Positions 36,507-44,607 of a stretch of DNA of 64,000 nucleotides are shown here, one piece after another; the first letter of the stretch is position 1; each line of letters starts with the position of its first letter. Source of the DNA: Candidatus Levyibacteriota bacterium (lineage in GTDB: Bacteria; Patescibacteriota; Microgenomatia; Levybacterales; UBA12049); assembly GCA_043823085.1 (NCBI GenBank), contig JBDRBE010000004.1:5510-69509 (forward strand). The letters are read 5' to 3'. The notes beneath the pieces are model-generated. The model was not told the origin of the DNA. It worked only from the letters and a program-made list of their open reading frames with translations, and made no database searches. Both the position numbers and the translations under genes were made by a program.

Positions 36507-37994
36507 ATGAAAAATGTAAAATCTTTTTTAAAGAAGCATTGGTTTGCGATTTTGCTAGGTGCGATAATAGTTCTCGCTTTTGTACTTAGGTTTTATAGTT
36601 ACAATAATCGATGGGCTCTTTCTTCTGATCAGGCAAGAGATGCGTTAATTGGTCAGGAAATATTGCGTCAGCACAAAATTCCAATGCTTGGTCAATTTTC
36701 TCAAGCAGGGTCATTTGTAATGGGTCCGGTGTGGTTTTGGTTAGTAGCTCTTGCGACTTTGTTATATCCTCCGTCGTTATTAACACCATGGGTTGTTTTA
36801 ACCCTGTCCTATGTTTTTATCGTATATCTAATGTTTCTAATCGGTAAGGAATTGGGAGGAAAATGGCTTGGGTTAATTATTGGTCTTTTTACGGCGATTT
36901 CTCCAGGTCAAGTTTCTCAAAGTGTTAATCTTACTAATCCGTCAGGTATTGGAATTATTGCGCCTTTTGCAGTTTATTTTACAATTAGATATATTAAAAC
37001 AGGAAGAAATCTGTTTTTATTTTTGTTTTCTTTTTTTATCGCAATCGCGATAAATATTCACTTACAGGCAACTGGGCTATTGGTTCTTTTTCCAATAGCT
37101 TTCATTCTAAAACGTCCAAAATTTAAAAATTTATTTCTTTTCCTAGTTGGACTTATCTTGCCGTTTGTCCCTCTCATCTTTTTTGATCTTACGCATAATT
37201 TTTATGATTCTCGCAGTATGATTGATTATCTAATGTATGGACAATTCAATATTTATGTTCCAAACAGATGGTTAACTTACACTTTTGAATATTGGCCAAA
37301 AACTTGGGCAAGAATCATAGGGGGAGAGGTATTTCTTGGATATATAAGCATGGTGCTTTTATCTGTTATTAGCGTTTATTCACTTATTGCTAAAAAAATA
37401 AACAGACAAACCATAGCAATTATAGTTAGTTTTTTACTAATTTTTATTCAATTAAGATATTATCGCGGAATAAGATTTGATTCTTATATTATGTTTTTGA
37501 ACTCTTTAGTTTTAGTTTTAGCAGGATGGATGGTTTTTAGAATATTTAAAGCCAACCGTTTTATTGGTCTACTTTTAATTTTATTATTTGTGGTATTCAG
37601 CCTAAAAGCAGTTTTCTACGAGATTAAGACAACAACTAATTATAGATTTATTCAAGCAGAAGGCTGGACGAATTTATTAATTAAGACTTATCCTGATAAG
37701 AAATTTGCAATTTACGACTATGGCTATAGGTCTTCAAGTTTTAGTTTGCCTCTGGTTTTATATCTATATAAGGCAGATAAAATAAAAGATGATGGCTATA
37801 AAATAGGTTTTGGCGGTCCACCAGAAGCTTCCAAGTTGCTTCATCCAGAAATTAAAGGAAATAAATTCGGTTTTGAATTGCGTGATCTTAATAATAGTTC
37901 TTCAGTCGAGCTTCGAAAAGAAGGTTGGGCATTTGTTAATCCAAGCGAGGTTTATAAAGAGGTAGTGGAATGGTACTTTGGGAAAAAACTATGA
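36507..37994 (+). CDS. GT-C PMT/ArnT-like membrane glycosyltransferase (paralog of 27574)
   Basis: LRFYSY..RWALSSDQARD, GP.WFW, NIHLQ, YVPNRWLTY, LRDLN.SSS.EL. Confidence 0.8.
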   Translation: MKNVKSFLKKHWFAILLGAIIVLAFVLRFYSYNNRWALSSDQARDALIGQEILRQHKIPMLGQFSQAGSFVMGPVWFWLVALATLLYPPSLLTPWVVLTLSYVFIVYLMFLIGKELGGKWLGLIIGLFTAISPGQVSQSVNLTNPSGIGIIAPFAVYFTIRYIKTGRNLFLFLFSFFIAIAINIHLQATGLLVLFPIAFILKRPKFKNLFLFLVGLILPFVPLIFFDLTHNFYDSRSMIDYLMYGQFNIYVPNRWLTYTFEYWPKTWARIIGGEVFLGYISMVLLSVISVYSLIAKKINRQTIAIIVSFLLIFIQLRYYRGIRFDSYIMFLNSLVLVLAGWMVFRIFKANRFIGLLLILLFVVFSLKAVFYEIKTTTNYRFIQAEGWTNLLIKTYPDKKFAIYDYGYRSSSFSLPLVLYLYKADKIKDDGYKIGFGGPPEASKLLHPEIKGNKFGFELRDLNNSSSVELRKEGWAFVNPSEVYKEVVEWYFGKKL

Positions 37995-39487
37995 AAAAAT
38001 TTTTGTTATTAACTCTTTTTATCTTACTTTTTTTTATTGCTTTATTTCCTAGGTCGGTTGAAGTCTTGAATCATAATCCGATTTTTGGATTTGATCAGGG
38101 AAGAGATTATTTGGCTGTTAGAAGTATTGTTGTTGACGGAAAATTTACTTTAATCGGTGCGGAAATCGGAGCAGGAAGTGCCGGAATAAACGGAATCTTC
38201 CAAGGACCTTTTCATTATTATTTTTTGGCAATACCGTTTATTATTTTTAGAGGCGATCCCTATGGCGGTCTTTTATTAATGTTTTTACTAAGTATTGCTA
38301 CAGTCTTTTTTAGCCTTTATTTTGGAAAAAAAATGTTTGGATTTTTTGGGGGTTTAATGATGGCGTTGCTTGTGGCAGTATCCCCGCCTCTAATTTCTCA
38401 AGCTCGATTTATTTGGAATTCTCATCAGTCATCTTTATTTGTTCTGCTTAGTTTTTATTTTACTTATTACATTAGAGAAAAAAAGTATAAAAACATTTTT
38501 TTAGCAGCTTTTTTTGCAGGTTTTATTTATAATTTTGAAATTGCGATTGCAATTCCGATGTGTGTGGCAATTTTTATCTATTCGGTTTTAATCTTTCGCT
38601 TTAAGCAGTTAAAGCAGTATTTTTTTATGATACTTGGATTTGTTTTGGCGTTTTTGCCAATGATCATGTTTGAAGCCCGGCATGGTTTCATAGGATTTAG
38701 AGGATTATTAAATTATATTCTTGCACCTAACAGAAACAGTTTCCCACTTGATATGGGAAAGCAATTAATGGATCATTTTAATTCGTTTAAATATAATTTT
38801 TTGGGTACATTTCCGGGTTCTCCGATTCCCTTATGGATGTTGGCTTTAATTATTATTCTCCCGGCTATTTACTTTCTAATAACCGAAAAGAACAAACTCT
38901 TAAAATCTTTTATTTTTTATTTATTCATTTTATTAGTTTCAAGTTTTTTTGTTTTCTCTTTTTTAAAAAATGCAGTTTGGCAGTTTTATCTAATAGAATT
39001 AAATTTTGCATACATAGTATTTTTTGTCTATGTTATTTACTCTTTATTTCAAAGAAAAGCTTATTATTTTTTACCGATCCCTTTGATTTTATCTGTCATT
39101 TTTTTATGGCAGGGAACAATCAGCGCCTATAAAATTTCAAAATACGACTATTCTGATTATGGAGGAACAGAAAAAATGAGCGGAAAGCTCGATGCGATTG
39201 ATTATATCTATAAGGATGCAGAAGGCAGATCATTTGGTGTATTTTTCTTTGCTCCGCCGATTTACACTTATCCCTACGATTATCTTTTAGTATGGTATGG
39301 AAAGGAAAAATATAGTTATTTGCCGTATCATGAAAAGAAAGGGACATTTTATCTTTTGATAGAGCCAGACAGTGCTCGTCTTTGGTATAAGGGTTGGCTT
39401 GAAACCGTTATTAAAACTGGCCAAATTATAGAAACAAAGACGTTACCAAGCGGTTTTATTATCCAAAAAAGATTTGGCGAAATCTAA
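37991..39487 (+). CDS. GT-C PMT/ArnT-like membrane glycosyltransferase
   Basis: FGFDQGRD, TLIG, GPFHYY, RFIWN, FEARHGF. ATGA overlap with the upstream stop at 37991. Confidence 0.8.
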   Translation: MKKFLLLTLFILLFFIALFPRSVEVLNHNPIFGFDQGRDYLAVRSIVVDGKFTLIGAEIGAGSAGINGIFQGPFHYYFLAIPFIIFRGDPYGGLLLMFLLSIATVFFSLYFGKKMFGFFGGLMMALLVAVSPPLISQARFIWNSHQSSLFVLLSFYFTYYIREKKYKNIFLAAFFAGFIYNFEIAIAIPMCVAIFIYSVLIFRFKQLKQYFFMILGFVLAFLPMIMFEARHGFIGFRGLLNYILAPNRNSFPLDMGKQLMDHFNSFKYNFLGTFPGSPIPLWMLALIIILPAIYFLITEKNKLLKSFIFYLFILLVSSFFVFSFLKNAVWQFYLIELNFAYIVFFVYVIYSLFQRKAYYFLPIPLILSVIFLWQGTISAYKISKYDYSDYGGTEKMSGKLDAIDYIYKDAEGRSFGVFFFAPPIYTYPYDYLLVWYGKEKYSYLPYHEKKGTFYLLIEPDSARLWYKGWLETVIKTGQIIETKTLPSGFIIQKRFGEI

Positions 39488-39488
39488 T

Positions 39489-41132
39489 ATGAAACGCTTA
39501 TTGTTTCTATTCATCTTTATTGTTTTTTCTCTTATTCCAATCATTGGTTTTTTTCATGGTGGTTTACCCCTTACTCATGATGGTCAAGATCATGTGGCAA
39601 GAATTGCCAATTTTTACGAGAATTTATCGCAAGGTGTTATTATTCCGCGTTGGGCGCCAAATCTTAATTGGGGTTATGGACATCCGATTCTAGAATTTTT
39701 ATATCCTTTACCTTCTTATATTGCTTCTTTTTTCCATTTCTTGGGTTTTTCCTTAATCGACTCAACAAAACTTGTTTTTGGATTGGGAATGGTTTTGTCC
39801 ACACTTTTTATGTTTCTTTGGCTGTCAACTTTTTTGGGAAAGCTATCCGCTTTTTTTGGTGCAATTTTATATAGCTATGCTCCGTATCGATTCGTTGAAC
39901 TTTATGTTAGGGGAGATATTGGAGAAAATTTAGCTTTTGCCTTTATTCCTCTGACACTCTTTTTCGTTTATAGATTTTACCAATCGCAAAACTATAAACA
40001 TATTTTTTTTGGTTCTCTTTCTCTTGCCCTGCTAATTCTTTCTCACAACGCGATAAGTTTAATGTTTATGCCATTTTTAATTTTTTATTGTTTTTATCTT
40101 GTTTGGCAATCGCCTTTGTGGAGGCTATTCGCCACGCGTTATTTGCTATTTGCTATTTTTGGTTTTGGTTTATCAGCATTTTTCTGGATTCCAGGGCTTT
40201 TTGAAGCGAAATATACGCTTCGCAATATCGTTACTGCCGGTGAATATTTAAATCGTTTCGCAAATCCTCGTGAACTTTTATATGGTTCATGGAGCTATGG
40301 GGGAAGCGGACAATTTTCTTTACAATTAGGAATTATTCAGTGGATCTCTTTAATTCTATCGCCGTTGGTGGTTTTTTATTTTTACAAAAGAAAAGAAAAA
40401 AAATACCTCTTTGTTTTAGGGCTAATTATTTATACTTTTTTTGCCATCTTTTTTATGCTTTCGCAATCGAACTTTATTTGGTTAAAAGCTATGCTTTTAC
40501 AAAATTTTCAATTTCCCTGGCGCTTTATCGCAATTACAGTTTTTTCAACTTCAGTTCTTGGGGCAATTTCAATTTCTGTTTTATCTAAAAAAATAAAGTT
40601 TATTTTAGTAGGAATTTTATTGGTTTTAATTCTTTTAATAAGCAAAGATTATTGGCAGGCAAATGGTTATTTTTACAAGCCGGACAGTTTTTTTACGGAT
40701 ATTTATAATGGTACAACAGATACCGGGGAGAGTGCACCTATTTGGTCGATTAGATTTATGGAAACTAGAGCAAAAGAGCCGTTGGAGGTTATTTCAGGTC
40801 TCGCAAAGATTAATCAAATAAAAAGAACGTCGGTTAATCATTTTTACAATGTTGAAGCTTTAGAAAAAACGAGGCTTTTGGAAAATACTTTATATTTTCC
40901 CGGTTGGGAAATTTTAGTTGACAAAAGAGCGGTTTCAATTCAGTTTCAGGACCCGAGCTTTAGAGGTTTAATGACCTTCCAAATAGATAAAGGCAAGCAT
41001 ACGGTGGAAGTTGTTTATAAGGAAACAAAGCTAAGGATGATTGCGGACATTATTTCATTTATCAGTTTAATAATTTTGTTATTTGGGCTTTACCTTGTAT
41101 CTGACAATAAATTGTTCGTAAAAAAGATATAA
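39489..41132 (+). CDS. GT-C membrane protein (PTPS-related family paralog)
   Basis: THDG, PRWAPNLNWGYGHP, RGDIGE, LSHN, QFPWRF, YFPGW, GKH. ATG 39489 preferred as start. Confidence 0.8.
   Translation: MKRLLFLFIFIVFSLIPIIGFFHGGLPLTHDGQDHVARIANFYENLSQGVIIPRWAPNLNWGYGHPILEFLYPLPSYIASFFHFLGFSLIDSTKLVFGLGMVLSTLFMFLWLSTFLGKLSAFFGAILYSYAPYRFVELYVRGDIGENLAFAFIPLTLFFVYRFYQSQNYKHIFFGSLSLALLILSHNAISLMFMPFLIFYCFYLVWQSPLWRLFATRYLLFAIFGFGLSAFFWIPGLFEAKYTLRNIVTAGEYLNRFANPRELLYGSWSYGGSGQFSLQLGIIQWISLILSPLVVFYFYKRKEKKYLFVLGLIIYTFFAIFFMLSQSNFIWLKAMLLQNFQFPWRFIAITVFSTSVLGAISISVLSKKIKFILVGILLVLILLISKDYWQANGYFYKPDSFFTDIYNGTTDTGESAPIWSIRFMETRAKEPLEVISGLAKINQIKRTSVNHFYNVEALEKTRLLENTLYFPGWEILVDKRAVSIQFQDPSFRGLMTFQIDKGKHTVEVVYKETKLRMIADIISFISLIILLFGLYLVSDNKLFVKKI
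40125..40159 (+). repeat. Degenerate 7-bp array inside a CDS (LFATRYLLFAI)
   Basis: ctattcg ccacgcg ttatttg ctatttg ctatttt. Confidence 0.65.
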
Positions 41133-41142
41133 TAAAGGTATT

Positions 41143-41910
41143 ATGCCAAAGATTTCAGTCGTCTTAGCTGTTCTTAACGAGGAAAAAAATCTTAGCACTT
41201 GTCTTGATTCGGTTAAAGATTTTGCCGATGAAATAGTCATTGTTGATGGCAGTTCTACCGATAAAACCGTTGAGATTGCAAAAAAGTACGGTGCAAGAAT
41301 TGAAATAACTGCCAATCTGCAAAACTTCCATATCAATAAACAAAAGGCAATAGATATGGCAAATGGAGAATGGGTTTTGCAACTTGACGCGGACGAAAGA
41401 GTCACACCGTCGCTTTGCGACGAAATCAAAAATCAAATATCAAAAATCAAAGACAATGAGGTGAATGGGTACTGGATTCCGAGAAAAAATTGGTTCTTGG
41501 GAAGATTTTTGATGAAGGGCGGCCAATATCCGGATTATCAATTAAGATTTTATAAAAAAGGAAAAGGCAGACTGCCGCAAAAGGATGTTCATGAACAGAC
41601 AATTGTTCAAGGGCAGGTTGGATATTTAAAGAATCCGCTTGTTCATTTTGCCGACCCAAACTTTTCCCGTTATCTTTTACGTTTCAACCGATACACGGAT
41701 TTTATGGCAAATGAATTAAAAAATAAAAAAATTGGATTAAATCCTCTGATTCCTATCCGATATCTTTTAATTTCACCAGTTTGGTGGTTTCTTTTAACTT
41801 ACATTAGACATAAAGGGTTTGTAGATAGTTGGCAGGGATTTGTTTTTTCTTTTTTTTCCGCTTTGAGATTTCCTGTTTCTTATGTAAAATATATTAAGCT
41901 ACTCTTTTAA
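41143..41910 (+). CDS. GT2 glycosyltransferase (WaaE/KdtX-like)
   Basis: ISVVLAVLNEE, VDGSSTD, WVLQLDADERVT, GYWIPRKN, YPDYQLRF, VHE. Confidence 0.9.
   Translation: MPKISVVLAVLNEEKNLSTCLDSVKDFADEIVIVDGSSTDKTVEIAKKYGARIEITANLQNFHINKQKAIDMANGEWVLQLDADERVTPSLCDEIKNQISKIKDNEVNGYWIPRKNWFLGRFLMKGGQYPDYQLRFYKKGKGRLPQKDVHEQTIVQGQVGYLKNPLVHFADPNFSRYLLRFNRYTDFMANELKNKKIGLNPLIPIRYLLISPVWWFLLTYIRHKGFVDSWQGFVFSFFSALRFPVSYVKYIKLLF
41423..41450 (+). repeat. 7-bp tandem array x4 inside a CDS (IKNQISKIK)
   Basis: aaatcaa aaatcaa atatcaa aaatcaa. Confidence 0.85.
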
Positions 41911-41920
41911 AGATTTAAAT

Positions 41921-42931
41921 ATGAAAATTTTAGTTACTGGCGGAGGAGGCTATATTGGAAGTTTTATGACCAAAAGACTTCTAGATGATGGTTTTGAAGT
42001 TGTTGTGGCCGACAGCTTCGAAAGAGGATATAAGGAAGTTGTAGATAAAAGAGCAAAATTATTAATTGGAAATTTACTTGACAAAGAATTCGTTAAAAAT
42101 ATTTTTTTGTCAGATGATATTGAAGCTGTTATTAATTTTGCAGGATACATCTCAATGGCCGAGTCGGTTGAAAATCCTGGAATTTACTTTGAAAATAACG
42201 TTTTTGGAGCATTAAATCTTTTAGAGGAAATGAGAAAAAGAGAAATAAAGAAATTTATATTTTCTTCAACAGCAGGCGTTTATGGAAATCCTAAAAGTTT
42301 GCCAATTCCTGAAGATCATCCCAAAAATCCTACAAATCCATATGGAGAAAGTAAATTAATGGTTGAAAAAATTCTTTTATGGTATAAGCCCTTTATAAAT
42401 TTTGTCAGTCTTCGATACTTTAACGCGGCAGGTGCATCTTTTGATGCAACTTTAGGAGAAAATCACAAACCGGAAACCCACATTATTCCAAATGCAATAA
42501 ACGCAGCACTTACTAATTCCGAATTTACTCTTTATGGCGATGATTACAATACTCCCGATGGTACCTGCATAAGAGATTATATTCATGTAGTAGATTTGGT
42601 TGATTCTCATGCGTTGGCTTTAAAAAAGCTGCAAACAGAAAATGGCGGCCAGGCTTTTGGCGGGCAGGGTTTTTTCTATAATGTCGGAACAGGAAAAGGT
42701 TATTCAAATAAAGAGGTGTTTGAAATGGTAAAGAAAATTTCAGGAATTGATTTTAAAGTTAATATTTCAGGAAGGAGATCGGGCGATGCGGAAAAATTAA
42801 TAGCCGACCCGACAAAAATTAAAAATGAACTCATGTTTATTCCGAAATATTCAGACCTTGAAACTTTGGTTAAAACCGCATGGCAATGGCACTCCAAAAT
42901 ATCAAATACCAAATACCAAATATCAAAATGA
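41921..42931 (+). CDS. galE: UDP-glucose 4-epimerase
   Basis: VTGGGGYIGS, ESVENP, FSSTAGVYG, NPYGESK, LRYFNAAGA, ETHIIP, DGTCIRDYIHV. Confidence 0.95.
   Translation: MKILVTGGGGYIGSFMTKRLLDDGFEVVVADSFERGYKEVVDKRAKLLIGNLLDKEFVKNIFLSDDIEAVINFAGYISMAESVENPGIYFENNVFGALNLLEEMRKREIKKFIFSSTAGVYGNPKSLPIPEDHPKNPTNPYGESKLMVEKILLWYKPFINFVSLRYFNAAGASFDATLGENHKPETHIIPNAINAALTNSEFTLYGDDYNTPDGTCIRDYIHVVDLVDSHALALKKLQTENGGQAFGGQGFFYNVGTGKGYSNKEVFEMVKKISGIDFKVNISGRRSGDAEKLIADPTKIKNELMFIPKYSDLETLVKTAWQWHSKISNTKYQISK
42897..42924 (+). repeat. 7-bp tandem array x4 forming the galE C-terminal tail (ISNTKYQIS)
   Basis: aaatatc aaatacc aaatacc aaatatc. Confidence 0.85.
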
Positions 42932-43461
42932 AGAACAGGCTTCTCTGGGTATTCCTTTTTTTTACTATCACGCTTATGCTCTTTTTATCTTCTCAAGCTC
43001 ATGCTGGGTCTTCTTATGTTCTTCCTTATCCTTCGTCTATGCCTGGAAGTATTTTTTATAAAGTTAATTTAATAAAAGATAAAATATTAGAATATTGGTA
43101 TTTTGGAAATTTTGGTCAGTTTGAATATAATCAAAAGCTCTCGGATAAATATTTAGTTGAGGCAAAAACGCTTTTTGAGTACAGTCAATATCTTTTGGCA
43201 TGTTCTGCCCTTAAAAAATCTAATGAATATTTTGAAAATATTTATCCGAATCTTATTCAAGCCAAAAAAGAAAATAAAAATATATCCAGAAAGCAGCAAT
43301 TATTTAAAGAAGAAGCCCTAAAACATATTGAGGAATTAATTAAGTTAGAAAAAGAAGTTCCAAACAGCTTTTATTGGCAGCCTGAAAAAACCTCACCAAC
43401 AATCCTTAATTTAAAACAATTGATACAAGAATCTATAAACATTAGAAAAACATATTTATGA
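42928..43461 (+). CDS. Secreted or membrane-anchored helical protein (DUF5667-like)
   Basis: Signal peptide MKNRLLWVFLFF...AHA, then YVLPYP..MPGS.FYK and a helical remainder. ATGA overlap with the galE stop. Confidence 0.7.
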   Translation: MKNRLLWVFLFFTITLMLFLSSQAHAGSSYVLPYPSSMPGSIFYKVNLIKDKILEYWYFGNFGQFEYNQKLSDKYLVEAKTLFEYSQYLLACSALKKSNEYFENIYPNLIQAKKENKNISRKQQLFKEEALKHIEELIKLEKEVPNSFYWQPEKTSPTILNLKQLIQESINIRKTYL

Positions 43462-44603
43462 GAAAAATAATTTTAGCATTGTATTCATTGCTTCTTTTTT
43501 TTACTGCAGTTTTTTCTTATGCGTTTATTGACTCAAACTTAATTTACTTAAAAGGTCTATTTACGGATTTTGCTTTTGTACATAGGCAAATAACAACCGT
43601 AATTTACATCTCGGTTATATTTTTATTTTTTATTTTTTATTTTTTATTTTTGTCACTTGTTAGAGAAGGGAAGCTGAATCAAAAACAGTTTAAATTTATC
43701 ATTATTATTACTTCGGGAATTCTTTTGTTCTCTTATCCGGCTATGCTTTCGTATGACATTTTCAATTATATTGCAACGGCAAAAGTTACATTTTTTCATC
43801 ATGAAAATCCATACTTAATTATGCCGATTGAATTTATCGGAGATCCTCTTTTGCTGTTTACGCATGCGGCAAACAAAATAGCATTGTATGGGCCGATTTG
43901 GATTATTTTGTCGGCAATTCCTTATTTATTGAGCTTTGGTAAATTTGTTCTTATCTTACTGAACTTTAAATTATTTATTTTAGGTTTTTATTTGGCAACA
44001 ATTGCTTTGATTTGGAAAATATCAAGAAATTTATTATCAGTTGCATTATTTGCGTTAAATCCGTTAATAATAATTGAAACATTAGTGAGCGGGCATAACG
44101 ATATTGCCATGATGTTTCTTGCACTACTTGCTTTTTATTTTTTGATAAAAAAGAAATTATTCAGCTCTTTTATTTTCTTGGTATTGTCAATATTTATCAA
44201 ATACTCAACATTATTTTTAGTTCCAGTTTTTGCCTATACGCTTTTTAAAGCATGGAGAAAAGAAGCTTTAAATTGGAATAAAATATTTTATTTATCCTCT
44301 CTTTCTATGTTTACTATTTTTCTTTTATCTCCAATACGTGAAGAGATTTATTCTTGGTATGCAATTTGGTTTTTAACTTTTATCGCATTAATGCCCCAAA
44401 AGAAAATTATATTCTATTTTTCTTTTTCATTATCTTTTGGCTTACTTCTAAGGTATATTCCCTATATGCTTATGGGAACTTATTTTGATCCGACTCCAAT
44501 TTTAAAGACAATACTGACTTTCGCTCCCTCTTTTTTTCTCCTAATATATCTTTTTTTAACTCAAAGAAAAAGTCTTTTTAGAGACCTCTTCGTAATAAAT
44601 TAA
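43458..44603 (+). CDS. GT-C membrane glycosyltransferase, MptA/MptB-like (paralog of 4025)
   Basis: SYDIFNYI, ENPY, LYGPIW, LNPLIIIE, SGHND, IKY, YSWY. Confidence 0.75.
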   Translation: MRKIILALYSLLLFFTAVFSYAFIDSNLIYLKGLFTDFAFVHRQITTVIYISVIFLFFIFYFLFLSLVREGKLNQKQFKFIIIITSGILLFSYPAMLSYDIFNYIATAKVTFFHHENPYLIMPIEFIGDPLLLFTHAANKIALYGPIWIILSAIPYLLSFGKFVLILLNFKLFILGFYLATIALIWKISRNLLSVALFALNPLIIIETLVSGHNDIAMMFLALLAFYFLIKKKLFSSFIFLVLSIFIKYSTLFLVPVFAYTLFKAWRKEALNWNKIFYLSSLSMFTIFLLSPIREEIYSWYAIWFLTFIALMPQKKIIFYFSFSLSFGLLLRYIPYMLMGTYFDPTPILKTILTFAPSFFLLIYLFLTQRKSLFRDLFVIN

Positions 44604-44607
44604 CAAT

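Noticed and set aside
42880-42927. Longer start (MAMALQNIKYQIPNIK) for the gene after galE
   Set aside because: It is the heptamer array read in another frame. ATG 42928 gives a clean signal peptide and an ATGA overlap.
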